A program made the position numbers and the translations under genes. The notes under the pieces are model-generated. The model searched no databases. It saw nothing but the letters and a program-made list of their open reading frames with translations, and had not been told where the DNA came from. A stretch of 36,605 bases of DNA from a virus (lineage: Duplodnaviria > Caudoviricetes): the IMG/VR virus record IMGVR_UViG_3300020045_009119, positions 1-36,605 of that record, one strand, 5' to 3'. Position 1 is the stretch's first letter. Each line of letters starts with the position of its first letter. Positions 17,001 to 26,113 of this stretch are shown piece after piece.

Positions 17001-19615
17001 CAGACGCCGTTGGTAAACAGCTTAACGGTTACGATTCGATGATGAAGTACGTCGTCCAAGCTGAGACACTTATCCACAGGGGACCAGTCGTGGCTCGTAT
17101 CAACGCTATCCAAGCAGTTATTAAGGCTACCACCGATGTACCAGCCTCTAGCAAAGACGTTCTGACTAAGTTCTTCAAGAACATGAGCGACCAATTAGAT
17201 GGTTCCAACCAAGCTAAGGGAATCACCGGTGCGGTCGTCGCTAAGGGACGCTCGATTACCTCGAAAGCCAGCATTTTAGCCAGCGCCAACACCATTCTAG
17301 CCCAGGCTACTGCCCCAGCTAACATCCTACTGAGGACCATCACCGACCACGGACTTCTATCAGGACTCAAAGACACGACCAAGATGATGGCCTACTCGAT
17401 GTACGCCCTGAAACGAGTCGGAAAAGATGTGGATAAGTTGGCGGTGATTGACGGCATGAACTCACCTTACCTGCAAACCGTCATTGGAAGACTCGCTCCC
17501 AAGCGACACATCGGGGCTAGATTAGTTGATACTGGGTTCAAAGCCTCCAGTGTTGGCGACTTACAATCTCGCTACGGAGCTGTCCGAGCTATCTATGAAT
17601 CACGGGTTGCCAAGGGTGCCCCACGAAATGAGGCTACTCTCCGACTAGCTGGCAAAGACGTTAAGTTAGCTATGGCTGACCGTGCTGCTGGTGAGCGTTC
17701 AAGGTTCACCTCTAGTGGTAACGCCGCTAATATGGCCCTGTCCCACTACCAAGTCGAGCAAATCGCCCAAGTCTACAACTTCCTTGATGGAGTCATGCTC
17801 AACAAGAAAGCCAAGGGTATCGACAAGTTCGCCGCCACCTTAGCTGGAGCTGGAGCCGCTTACATGACCAACCAAGTCACCGGTGTACTGTCGGGTGGCA
17901 ATGTTAAACCATTACCTGATGTTATCGGTGCCTCAATCGACGCTTACGCCACTGTCCAACAGATGAACGAAGACCGGATTGCCAACGGTGATGACCCCTA
18001 CACACCAGCTGAGATGTCTGGCTTGCTTCTGTCTAACACCGCTTCGTCGTTTATTTCAAACCTTCCACTGGGACGAACGATGCTGTCGGGTGCCTCAATG
18101 ATTGTTAATGGTCTGACAGATAAAGAGGACACCGCTAAGAGTGTCGGCCTTAACCCAAGAGACACCAACCCCTTCCAAACCCTGCCAATTATCGCTAACG
18201 CTGGCAAAGTAGTTAAAGGAATCACAGACACCGCCCAAGGCAAGATAAGCCTCGGTGAGGGTGCTCTAACGGTCGGCGCAGCTTTCGTACCGGGGGGCGG
18301 TCAAATTAAACGCACCGTCGAAGGTTCAACCACTTTCGCAAAAGGTAGCGATAGTTACAAAGACGAAACCGATAAAGACACGGGCGTTGTGACGAAGGGC
18401 GACACTAAGTTCACCGTCAACAACGACTTATCCACAGGTGAGGGCATCAAGAACCTTGTCCAAGCAGTTGTCTTTGGTAAATACGCCAACAAGGGTGCTC
18501 AAGACTACATCAAATCTGGCTTTCAAACCCAATCCGAGCGCGATATTAAAGGCAAGACATTTACGGCCGAAGAGGTCCTGCACGGGCTTAACGACGACCA
18601 AGCTGAGATATATGGCCGAGCTGTCGAAGGCCGCTTTACAAGTTCCCTAGAGGGCAAGGACAAGGAAATCCAGCGCATTACCGGGCTGAAGGGTGATGCC
18701 TTGAAGCGCAACCTCGAAAACGGAACAATTACCCAGGACGAAGTTGATAACTTCAAAGTCAAGCGTAACCAATACCTGTACGACAACGGCCTTGGTCACA
18801 CCATCGACAAGGGGATGACAACGGATGAGTTTAAGAAGTTTACCCCTGAAGTCCAGGCCTTCATCACCAAGCAGTCAATAACTGGTAAAAAGGACTTCAA
18901 AGACGACGCCACCTCAGAAGAAGCCAAATCAGTTATCAGTATCGCAACTGGCGAAAATGAACTCTGGCCTACGGTCACTGACGTCAAACCAACCAACGCC
19001 CTGGCCCAGAAATGGGTCGAGTACCAGAAGAAGCTCGGTGAGAACCCAGACGACCAGGCAGCTCAGTTCGCCGCCCGTAAGACCTTCTGGAGCGCAGCCG
19101 TCAAACAGGGCTTTGATACTAAATCTGTCGGGGTATATGACATGGCCTCGGACGGAACGACTAACGACAAATCAACCTACGCCATGTCGATTGCCAACAT
19201 TAAACAACTGGTATCTCCTGAGGGATTGCAAGTTGGGGGGCAAAACTACCGCATCGACAAACCAGACCTCGACGCAATGGTTGAACTCGATAACCGCCTC
19301 TTAAAAGCTGGCCTGATTAGCACCCCTAAGTTTAGTAATAAAACGCGAAGTGGCTTTGGCTACGGAGCCGCCCCTGCCTCAGAACTCGATGGTGTTGGCT
19401 ATGTTCCTAAAGAGAGTGGTTCAGGCAACAGTAAAGACGGCATCCGTTCTGGTGCAGGCGACTTCCTGACCAGTTTCGGTGGTTCAAACAAAACAGATGG
19501 CTTTAAGCTCGATATTGGCGGTGAAAAACAACGGGCTACCCCTAAACTTAACCTAGCCCAATACCAGAATAAAGGCACAAAATCAGGCAAGAGTTCGATA
19601 AAGATTGTCTTATAG
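14096..19615 (+). CDS. giant internal virion/DNA ejection protein (polyvalent-type, 1839 aa)
   Basis: Size, position, Q/A-rich N-terminus, Gly-rich hydrophobic stretches, YFPR and PGGGQIKRT motifs seen in such proteins. Confidence 0.7.
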   Translation: MAFWDDVVGNIGTFLGINPDTKKRPQQVVAPQNTLRQQAVRPSLVSTGMPVDNSAAIRQQAQANNQAELDRKRREEEAQKALLAQQQALAAQAQAERQDRQIAVQPNPAAPLLSVGPDINAIRNQAVRNNQAQQRVNPPRRSNPITDIANFVGASNQAFMGGTIENIVNTANLVGAGFDADEAQKRTDSFLRDIGQKDANGESQLSKAVDRTSEAAKWGEALGQTQQTAVDMATMILPGVAVERALVNIPKVASWVDKGTKVQRFLKSMVPVVAGGTTSTVVGQIQDPTQNAGQNFAIGLVGDFAGGFVGAGLSRIIGKIKSGAPLNIKELEQLSKEADRAEMATKNIPAEQIPLNPTKLNEQAQLLDVPNTPLVDAPQIDLPPELTYKPISVKTVGRLTQGDAGAATAIIRNSGRNFHPQVERQIAEELGMAKTPEMTKAVLNKYGIPIQETPAEALARQNASGEQVVAQQADQLDSASQEVVPQEAVPTATNAPEQVAAPSADIAQNTDVFTPQVSKPRPTYKDELGVTAADINVNGKTIKGVDAGIASNLEDINNAGYKTMQSMSGLKSDYLGKGKERYSANGYMAFAKSENTNIEAIAKAAKKAGLEFQPNESTLFTPSVVVRTGITKDGTPLSKLLQDAGKTTTNTSGEFVYSPETYAARELAFKDLVKQHGGQISDAEIAKRWNIFSDELSGKTPVAPQVGKTVDVPTADGQLSKADQAKFDETFGVPKEKGAVDRAMTPKAERKPEARVPVNPAVAVTKEGTAKPLTKQGQMSDDLAPFAENLSKEGKALKGRVDDNIRPMENQARSIEQQAPGIHRTVEETRAFSEKSEAKLMVAEKKGIAEIDDAYKGLDKDQTEFTTYLVENLKKKSIVARAAKESPAELKAAKQVSAFLEKKLPEINASLELAGKKPIGTIEEYFPRMRDMAKEDSAFGRMLNNPADTGSAVGEARIDRSFMKSRTEADAVGKQLNGYDSMMKYVVQAETLIHRGPVVARINAIQAVIKATTDVPASSKDVLTKFFKNMSDQLDGSNQAKGITGAVVAKGRSITSKASILASANTILAQATAPANILLRTITDHGLLSGLKDTTKMMAYSMYALKRVGKDVDKLAVIDGMNSPYLQTVIGRLAPKRHIGARLVDTGFKASSVGDLQSRYGAVRAIYESRVAKGAPRNEATLRLAGKDVKLAMADRAAGERSRFTSSGNAANMALSHYQVEQIAQVYNFLDGVMLNKKAKGIDKFAATLAGAGAAYMTNQVTGVLSGGNVKPLPDVIGASIDAYATVQQMNEDRIANGDDPYTPAEMSGLLLSNTASSFISNLPLGRTMLSGASMIVNGLTDKEDTAKSVGLNPRDTNPFQTLPIIANAGKVVKGITDTAQGKISLGEGALTVGAAFVPGGGQIKRTVEGSTTFAKGSDSYKDETDKDTGVVTKGDTKFTVNNDLSTGEGIKNLVQAVVFGKYANKGAQDYIKSGFQTQSERDIKGKTFTAEEVLHGLNDDQAEIYGRAVEGRFTSSLEGKDKEIQRITGLKGDALKRNLENGTITQDEVDNFKVKRNQYLYDNGLGHTIDKGMTTDEFKKFTPEVQAFITKQSITGKKDFKDDATSEEAKSVISIATGENELWPTVTDVKPTNALAQKWVEYQKKLGENPDDQAAQFAARKTFWSAAVKQGFDTKSVGVYDMASDGTTNDKSTYAMSIANIKQLVSPEGLQVGGQNYRIDKPDLDAMVELDNRLLKAGLISTPKFSNKTRSGFGYGAAPASELDGVGYVPKESGSGNSKDGIRSGAGDFLTSFGGSNKTDGFKLDIGGEKQRATPKLNLAQYQNKGTKSGKSSIKIVL
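15636..16219 (+). repeat. 17-bp direct repeats flanking an in-frame 567-bp unit
   Basis: CCCCACAAGTAAGTAAG (15636-15652) and CCCCACAAGTAGGTAAG (16203-16219). Confidence 0.7.
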
Positions 19616-19633
19616 CGGTATGCACTCTATAAT
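19605..19633 (+). promoter_or_regulatory. sigma70-type promoter
   Basis: TTGTCT-17nt-TATAAT upstream of the tail gene. Confidence 0.6.
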
Positions 19634-19684
19634 ACGAAGTAACATCCTTAAAATGAAAACCAAAACAACACAGGAGAAATAAAC

Positions 19685-21439
19685 ATGGCTGTCCAGTTCG
19701 AAAACTTTTATGAGAGCACCTTGTCAGGGCCAATTAGTGCGACTGATTTAGTGATTCCAATCAACACCCCACCGAGCGTCACAGAGGGCTGGCTATTACT
19801 TGACTACGATGTACCTTCTAAGCGTGAGTTTATCTATTTTACAGCTCGCTCTGGTACAAATGTTACAGTCCCTTCTCTTGCTGTTGGGCGAGGACGTGAT
19901 TCTACAGTAGCTATCTCTCACACCCAAAATGCAAAAGTCCGTATGAATGTTTCCGCCGGACTCCTAGATGACGTCTCTGGTAACTCGGCTGCAATTGTTA
20001 ATGCCAACAATAACGGTGGTTGGGTTGCCCTTGCCGTTGCCCCTACGACTATCACCAACAACGGACAAAGAAGCCAAACCCTAACCTTCTCGGGCGTTGA
20101 TTACACTGACCGCCTGAATCCTAGTACTCGCTTAATGACCCAACGAACTGTCGCTGCTCCCGTCCAATCCACTGCCCTTAATGGTACAACACAGTATTGG
20201 AATAAAACATCACCTAATAAACTGACTTTTACAGATGATTTTGTAGTCGATGCGTATGTAAAATTAACGAGTTATGCAGTAGGCGGTGTAGTGTCAAGAT
20301 ACAACGGCACAAGTGGATGGACATTTACCGTTGAAGCAGATGGTACATTAAAACTACGAGGGTTCAATGCTGGTTCGGGTAATAAAAGCGAGGTAAATAC
20401 CTACCAAACAATCCCACTTAATAAATGGGTGAGAATCACCGCTCAGTTAGATATGTCTACATTTACAGCTACAACAACTACATCTTATGTGATGATTGAC
20501 GGAGTAGACGTGCCCTCGGCAGTGATTCGTGCTGGAACGAACCCGACGGCTCTTATTCAAGCTGGAAACCTAGAGATAGGCTCATACAACGGTGGAACAT
20601 CACCATTCCCAGGTAAAATTGCTCAAGTTGCTATCTTCAACGCTAAAGTCACCCAAGCTCAAATGCGAACCTACCACTCACAAGGCTACACAGGCTCAGA
20701 AGCTAACCTGGTTTCGGCTTACTCATTTGACGGTGTCGCAACTGACCTGATGACCGCTACACCAAATGACTTAACAGCTATGAACGCCGTAGGATACGTG
20801 AATAATAGCCCTTTTGGAACGCAGGCTAGCGGACTGATTAGCTCGACACTGGATTACCTGCTGGTTTCAACCGCTGTCTTTACAGGTGGTAATACCGTTG
20901 TGACAGGACAAGTCCCAGAAGGCTGTACGATTCCTACAAGTGGTGGGGTGAGTGCGGTCAGTTATTCAGGAGTGAAAGCGCCGTATGGTTTCCCTGCTGA
21001 TTCAGGCAAATGGAACCTCTCAGCAATTTACCTCTCAGACCTATCTGGAGCCACCCTTGCCTCTGGTGCTGGTATCTGGAACAAAGCGTCGCTTACTACG
21101 CCAATAGGTAGCTGGTCATTAGGCTATTGGGGAACTGTATATGGCGACCCTTCGGCTGGTAATGCAGTCAACGCAAGGTTCAGTCTTAATACTCAAGCAA
21201 GGAGCACGACTGGCGGTGGAGCAGTTGTCAATGATGAATTGAAATCCAACATCTACATCACAACTGACGGCCCTGCCATTACCCTTATGGACGTTATCAA
21301 GGCCGAAACGAGTTTATCGCTGAGTTCCGCCACCGAGTACAACTTCTTCGTTGCCTCTGTTGGTACGGCGTATTCCTCTATAGGTATCCGTGGGGATTAC
21401 GGCCCATTCATAATAACCGCCAAGAACGGACTGCTGTAA
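19685..21439 (+). CDS. tail fibre/spike with LamG (concanavalin A-like) domain
   Basis: Virion-anchor-like N-terminus; LNKWVRI, MIDGV, LEIGSY....FPGKIAQVAIFN LamG signature. Confidence 0.8.
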   Translation: MAVQFENFYESTLSGPISATDLVIPINTPPSVTEGWLLLDYDVPSKREFIYFTARSGTNVTVPSLAVGRGRDSTVAISHTQNAKVRMNVSAGLLDDVSGNSAAIVNANNNGGWVALAVAPTTITNNGQRSQTLTFSGVDYTDRLNPSTRLMTQRTVAAPVQSTALNGTTQYWNKTSPNKLTFTDDFVVDAYVKLTSYAVGGVVSRYNGTSGWTFTVEADGTLKLRGFNAGSGNKSEVNTYQTIPLNKWVRITAQLDMSTFTATTTTSYVMIDGVDVPSAVIRAGTNPTALIQAGNLEIGSYNGGTSPFPGKIAQVAIFNAKVTQAQMRTYHSQGYTGSEANLVSAYSFDGVATDLMTATPNDLTAMNAVGYVNNSPFGTQASGLISSTLDYLLVSTAVFTGGNTVVTGQVPEGCTIPTSGGVSAVSYSGVKAPYGFPADSGKWNLSAIYLSDLSGATLASGAGIWNKASLTTPIGSWSLGYWGTVYGDPSAGNAVNARFSLNTQARSTTGGGAVVNDELKSNIYITTDGPAITLMDVIKAETSLSLSSATEYNFFVASVGTAYSSIGIRGDYGPFIITAKNGLL

Positions 21440-21508
21440 ATACTAACTAACCCGAAAGACCTACCATAATGCCCAATAATAAAATACTAATACCCGAAAG
21501 AATATGAC

Positions 21509-21868
21509 ATGGCCGACCGACAGACAAAGACCGAGACAATCACTAGAGAAACGGGCATTATCGACCCTAACATAAAGATAGCGGTTATGAATAACGACAT
21601 TCAACACATCAATGATACTCTCACTCGCATCGAAGCAAAGTTTGATGGTGTCATCAATAGTTTTGTTACCCATGAAAAATTAGACGATGCGACTAAGGCC
21701 GCCGAAGAAAAACACAATAACATCATAGCCTCTTTTGAGGCTAAGGCTAAAGAGCAAGACAGGGCAATCGTTAAGCTAGAGGACTGGAATATGTGGGCCG
21801 TCCGTATTGTGTTAGGAGCCATTATTCTCGCAGGCGTCAGTGCCTTATTGATTACTAAACCATTTTAG
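21509..21868 (+). CDS. coiled-coil protein with C-terminal TM helix (lysis module, holin/antiholin-like)
   Basis: Coiled coil then WAVRIVLGAIILAGVSALLI; directly before the endolysin. Confidence 0.6.
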   Translation: MADRQTKTETITRETGIIDPNIKIAVMNNDIQHINDTLTRIEAKFDGVINSFVTHEKLDDATKAAEEKHNNIIASFEAKAKEQDRAIVKLEDWNMWAVRIVLGAIILAGVSALLITKPF

Positions 21869-21881
21869 AAGGAGATACGAA

Positions 21882-22775
21882 ATGTGGACACAACTCAAAG
21901 ACGCTAACTGGCGCATACCGTATGTTGGCGGTTGGTGTGAAGGATATGTATCTGGTGCGTGGGGTCAGTCAACCCTGCCAACACTCCAAAACCAGACAAC
22001 CTCTGGCACGTACGGTTCGGCGATGGCCAAATGGAACGCTAACCCAGGAAACGGCAACCATCCAGGCGAATTACCTCCAGTCGGACGGACTGTGCCTGTC
22101 TACTTCTCACTTGGTAGTACCTCGTATGGACACGTCGCTATCTCACTTGACGACGGCAAAGTAGCTAGCTCGACCCAAGCGGGTTTTCATACCCAGGGCT
22201 TCCTGCACCCTAACTTACAAGATTTAATCAACACCTACGCTAAATACAACAACGGCTGTAAGTATCTTGGTTGGAGCGAATGGGTTGGTAAAATCCAAGT
22301 CGTCCAAAAACAGGGTGCAACTGACGACCAGATTCGCCAAGCCTACCTAGATATTTTGGAACGCCCTGCCGATGCTAATGGACTGGCACACTACCGCGCC
22401 TACACGATTGACCAAGTACGGGCCGACCTATTCGCTTCTAACGAACGCAAAGTCGTGGTTGCTCGTTGGGTCGCTAAACAAGCCGCCGATAAGGCTGCTG
22501 CTGCCGAAAAAGCCCGCCTAGATAAACTAGCTGCCGACAAAGTTATTGCCGACAAACTAGCGGCTGATGCCGAGGTAGCACGACTAGCCGAAGTTGCCCG
22601 CCTGAAGGCGCTCCAAGACGCCAAAGACGCCCAAGCCCTAAAAGATGCACAAGTAGCCGATGCCAAAGCTAAGGCTGATGCAGAGGCTCAAGAGGCGTCA
22701 GACCATACATTCATTTTGAGGCTTAAAAACCTGTTAACACTAATAATTAAGTTCTTTACGGACTTGAAAGGATAA
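21882..22775 (+). CDS. endolysin: CHAP/NlpC-like peptidase, DUF4214-like segment and Ala/Lys-rich helix
   Basis: GWCEGYV (Cys) and YGHVAI (His); YLGWSE; AYLDILERPADANGLAHY; AAGGAG RBS. Confidence 0.8.
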   Translation: MWTQLKDANWRIPYVGGWCEGYVSGAWGQSTLPTLQNQTTSGTYGSAMAKWNANPGNGNHPGELPPVGRTVPVYFSLGSTSYGHVAISLDDGKVASSTQAGFHTQGFLHPNLQDLINTYAKYNNGCKYLGWSEWVGKIQVVQKQGATDDQIRQAYLDILERPADANGLAHYRAYTIDQVRADLFASNERKVVVARWVAKQAADKAAAAEKARLDKLAADKVIADKLAADAEVARLAEVARLKALQDAKDAQALKDAQVADAKAKADAEAQEASDHTFILRLKNLLTLIIKFFTDLKG

Positions 22776-22776
22776 T

Positions 22777-23025
22777 ATGAACAACTTTGTTACCAGTCAA
22801 ATCAGAACCTACGCCCCAATCCTCATCGGTGGCCTTATCTCGTGGCTTGCACTGAAAGGCATCGCCCTTGATACAGAGACGCAATCGGGCCTTGTTATCG
22901 CCTTTACAGGACTCCTCCAAGCTGTGTATTACTTTTTAGCTCGCTTACTTGAGCGTAAGTTCCCACAACTCGGCTTCTTACTTGGTTCAGCTAAGACTCC
23001 TGTCTATGTTGCGGAGCCTAAGTAA
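22777..23025 (+). CDS. holin
   Basis: 82 aa, two hydrophobic helices, directly after the endolysin. Confidence 0.75.
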   Translation: MNNFVTSQIRTYAPILIGGLISWLALKGIALDTETQSGLVIAFTGLLQAVYYFLARLLERKFPQLGFLLGSAKTPVYVAEPK

Positions 23026-23348
23026 TGGCTGATTTAGCTATCCGTCGGGGCGCTACCTATGATGAACCTCTCTCTCTTGGTATGGACCTGACGGGAGCCA
23101 CGGTCTACTTCACCGTAAAAAGTGACTACGACGACGACATGGTGGATTCGACTGCGGTGATTCAAAAAGATATTACTGTTCATGACGACGAGGTAGCAGG
23201 TATTTCTCGCCTCACACTCAGTTCAACCGATACTACTATTCCAACAGGCAAGTACAAGTTTGACTTGCACGTTAAAGTTGGCTCAGTTGTTACACCATAT
23301 GAGCCTGCTAATCTGACGATTCAACCTAGCGTCACTTTAAGGAGCTAA
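23025..23348 (+). CDS. BppU-like structural adaptor protein
   Basis: DLTGATVYFTVK...LSSTDT...GKYKFDL pattern. Confidence 0.6.
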   Translation: MADLAIRRGATYDEPLSLGMDLTGATVYFTVKSDYDDDMVDSTAVIQKDITVHDDEVAGISRLTLSSTDTTIPTGKYKFDLHVKVGSVVTPYEPANLTIQPSVTLRS

Positions 23349-23349
23349 T

Positions 23350-24129
23350 ATGCCGACGGTTGTCTTTACTCCCCGCCCCGTGAATCAGATTATCCTAACT
23401 ACTAAGACTCAACCAATCGCTGTAGTTGGGCCTGCCCAGGGTCCAGCTGGGTACACACCAGTTAAAGGGGTTGATTACTTTGACGGAGTACCTGGTGCTG
23501 ATTCCACCGTCCCTGGTCCTGCTGGCACAACTGACCACTTAGAACTAACCAACATCGGAACAAACACCCATGCCCAAATCGACAGCGCATTAACGACAAC
23601 TACAGAGCATATTGCAAACACGAGTAACCCACACGGTACTACCAAAGCGCAAGTTGGGCTATCCGCTGTCCCAAATACCGACTTTACCGCAGCGGTAGCC
23701 GCCAATACTGCTAAAGTTTCATTTGATTCGACATCTTCAACTCGATTAGCTAACACGTCAGGAACTAATACGGGCGACAATGCCACCAACAGTCAATACT
23801 CTGGACTCGCAGTAAGCAAGCAAGACGCTCTAGTATCTGGCACGACCATCAAGACAATAAACTCTGTACCTATTTTGGGCAGTGGTGACATTGTTATCGC
23901 TGGTGGGGGTAGTGGCGTGACTGACCACACATTGCTGACTAATGTCGGCACAAATACCCACGCGCAGATAGATACGGCTATGACGCGTTTAGCTACTACA
24001 TCAGGCACAAACACGGGCGACAACCTCGTCATTAGTGCGTCAGCACCAACGCCAAGCGTAGGCGCTCAGGTCTTGTGGCTCAACACGACTGGTGGCAATA
24101 TAACACTTAATTTGGTAACAGGAGAATAA
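23350..24129 (+). CDS. tail fibre-like protein with internal repeats
   Basis: GYTPVKGVDYFDG, NPHGTTKAQVGL; duplicated TDH..LTN.GTNTHAQID and RLA.TSGTNTGDN. Confidence 0.7.
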   Translation: MPTVVFTPRPVNQIILTTKTQPIAVVGPAQGPAGYTPVKGVDYFDGVPGADSTVPGPAGTTDHLELTNIGTNTHAQIDSALTTTTEHIANTSNPHGTTKAQVGLSAVPNTDFTAAVAANTAKVSFDSTSSTRLANTSGTNTGDNATNSQYSGLAVSKQDALVSGTTIKTINSVPILGSGDIVIAGGGSGVTDHTLLTNVGTNTHAQIDTAMTRLATTSGTNTGDNLVISASAPTPSVGAQVLWLNTTGGNITLNLVTGE

Positions 24130-24130
24130 C

Positions 24131-25147
24131 ATGGCAACACAGAATCTATTTGGCGACCTAGCGCTTGACGTAACAGTTGCCAGCACCAATACAAAGATTG
24201 ACGCGATTACAAAAACGGAAGATGACGCGCACTCCAGTGGCGATAAGGGTGTTGCCGTTTTCGGTATCAGAAGCGATGGTGACGTGCCGACTGCTAATGA
24301 TGGCGACTACACCGTCTTAAAGCTCGATGAGCAAGGACGACTCAAGGTGTCGTCAAAGCCAGCCTCGTACCCCGACATCACAGGAGACATTACCGCCATT
24401 CAGGCGACTATTGGTACTCCTGTTGCAGGTGGAACGGTGGCTGGAGATGTTTCTCGTGCCTCAAACGTGATGGCGCTGTGTACTGGTACGTTTGCAGGGG
24501 TGAACTGTACGTTTGAAGGTTCACTACAGGACACGGGTGACACTAACTGGTTTGGTATTCAAGCCGTACGAACTAACGCCAACACGATTGAGCTAGTGAC
24601 TGGAGCGCTCTCCGCACAACCCGTCTATGGATGGGAAATGTCGGTCAACGCTTTGAAGCGAGTCCGTGTTCGTGCGACCGCTCGAACATCAGGAACGCAG
24701 TCGTGGCGCTTCGTGCAAGGTACATATGCGACTGAGCCAATTCCAGCAGCTCAGGCGAGTGCCACCCAGCCAATCTCTGGTACGGTGACTATTACCAACC
24801 CAGCTGGCACGACCTATAACCTTGTCACAACGGCAAGCACGAACCTCTCGGCGGTCAAGGCTTCGGCGGGTATACTCTACGAGCTGACCGTTTCAAACCC
24901 AACGGCAACGGCGGCCTACGTCAAGTTTTACAATAAGACGACTGCCCCAACACTCGCCTCAGACGTGCCCGTTATGACGATTTCCGTTCCTGCGACGTCG
25001 GCGACGACCATGCCAGTCGCCATACCATTCGGACAGATTGGCAAACGCTTCGCCACGGGTATTGCGATTGCTGTTACTGGTGCTGCCATTGCCACTGATG
25101 CAACAAACACGGTTGCTGGTATTCAGATTAACGCAACCTACATCTAA
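24131..25147 (+). CDS. beta-rich structural/receptor-binding protein
   Basis: Thr/Ala/Val-rich; EDDAHSSGDKGV and YVKFYNK...P motifs common in phage virion proteins; GGAG RBS. Confidence 0.65.
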   Translation: MATQNLFGDLALDVTVASTNTKIDAITKTEDDAHSSGDKGVAVFGIRSDGDVPTANDGDYTVLKLDEQGRLKVSSKPASYPDITGDITAIQATIGTPVAGGTVAGDVSRASNVMALCTGTFAGVNCTFEGSLQDTGDTNWFGIQAVRTNANTIELVTGALSAQPVYGWEMSVNALKRVRVRATARTSGTQSWRFVQGTYATEPIPAAQASATQPISGTVTITNPAGTTYNLVTTASTNLSAVKASAGILYELTVSNPTATAAYVKFYNKTTAPTLASDVPVMTISVPATSATTMPVAIPFGQIGKRFATGIAIAVTGAAIATDATNTVAGIQINATYI

Positions 25148-25157
25148 CCGCCTACGC

Positions 25158-25186
25158 TTGCAAAAGTATAGCGAAGTAGCTATACT
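25158..25186 (+). promoter_or_regulatory. sigma70-type promoter for a small RNA
   Basis: TTGCAA-17nt-TATACT with no downstream ORF. Confidence 0.65.
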
Positions 25187-25222
25187 AAAAGAGTTGGTTA
25201 GGACTTACCTCTTAACAAGAAG

Positions 25223-25257
25223 AAAAAAGACCGTCGTAAAAGGCGGTCCTTCTTTTT
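25223..25257. terminator. bidirectional intrinsic terminator between the two gene blocks
   Basis: A-tract, GACCGTC/GGCGGTC stem, T-tract. Confidence 0.8.
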
Positions 25258-25268
25258 ACTGATAAAAG

Positions 25269-25523
25269 TTACGGACGATACTGTGAGGGGCCAAACAGCT
25301 CTTCAATCTTAAAGAACAAGTCAGGCCACAAGTTTCGCAAATCATTGACATGACCTGCATTTAACGTGTAGCTGAACGAATCATCGTGAAATATCACGCC
25401 TAGCTGTTTGTAAGCCTCTATACGGGCTTCTAGCTCCTCTACATGAGTAAGGAGTGCTTGGTGTTTGTTGCGCTCGTTTCGCGCTAATTCTAAGTTTTTT
25501 GCCTGAGCTTCTGATACTGCCAT
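25269..25523 (-). CDS. hypothetical protein
   Basis: GGAG RBS; ORF track. Confidence 0.7.
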   Translation of the reverse strand: MAVSEAQAKNLELARNERNKHQALLTHVEELEARIEAYKQLGVIFHDDSFSYTLNAGHVNDLRNLWPDLFFKIEELFGPSQYRP

Positions 25524-25589
25524 TTTTTTGTTTCTCCATTTTTAGATTATTCTGTTGTTAGTATACCAGTCTTGTTAGTTTAGCGCCTT

Positions 25590-25736
25590 TCATTTGGTAG
25601 CCTTATACTTTGCTAGTGCGATATTCCTCATAGTCCACTCTGGTTGCTCGAATACAAAGCGCTGGAGGCTGGTGATTCCCCTAGAGAATGACTCCTCGTA
25701 GGGTATTGTCTTAAATCTGTCTAATATCTTGCTCAT
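25590..25736 (-). CDS. hypothetical protein, 48 aa
   Basis: Read manually (MSKILDRFKTIPYEES...); ATGA-coupled to the upstream gene. Confidence 0.5.
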   Translation of the reverse strand: MSKILDRFKTIPYEESFSRGITSLQRFVFEQPEWTMRNIALAKYKATK

Positions 25737-26113
25737 AGGTTCTCTCCTAGGTATTTAATTGGGTTGTCGCTAATCACCATTTGTTGAAGGTGGTACTGCC
25801 ATATGGGCTTTATGTCTAAATCCTTAGTGCCAGCAAATCTGTTTGAAAGCTCTTTAGGTACAATAAATGTTTCATGATGTAGCTCTTCACCCCATAAAGC
25901 CTTAGCGAAATCGTGGTCAAACATCAGTTCGAAGTAATTTATCGTCACCGCTTTTCCGTTTTTATTTGTCGCGACTATAATATTACCGTTCCAGGTTTGC
26001 TTGAAGTTTGGATATTCATATTCGAAAAGATATACCTTAAACTTCCAGCCACCATCAATTGCCTTCTGTATCGCTCGTTCTAGTATCTCTTTATCGGTAA
26101 GGGTATTAGTCAT
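25733..26113 (-). CDS. conserved-looking phage hypothetical protein
   Basis: EILERAIQKAIDGGW, FDHDFAKALWGEE, WQYHLQQMV motifs; coupled operon. Confidence 0.75.
   Translation of the reverse strand: MTNTLTDKEILERAIQKAIDGGWKFKVYLFEYEYPNFKQTWNGNIIVATNKNGKAVTINYFELMFDHDFAKALWGEELHHETFIVPKELSNRFAGTKDLDIKPIWQYHLQQMVISDNPIKYLGENL

Noticed and set aside
14096-19615. Tape measure protein or virion RNA polymerase
   Set aside because: No tail tube or chaperone genes and no polymerase motifs; the adaptor/nozzle context favours an ejection protein.
22480-22690. Nucleotide repeats (AAACTAGC.GC.GA, AAGACGCC) in the endolysin
   Set aside because: Explained by the low-complexity Ala/Lys/Asp helical linker.
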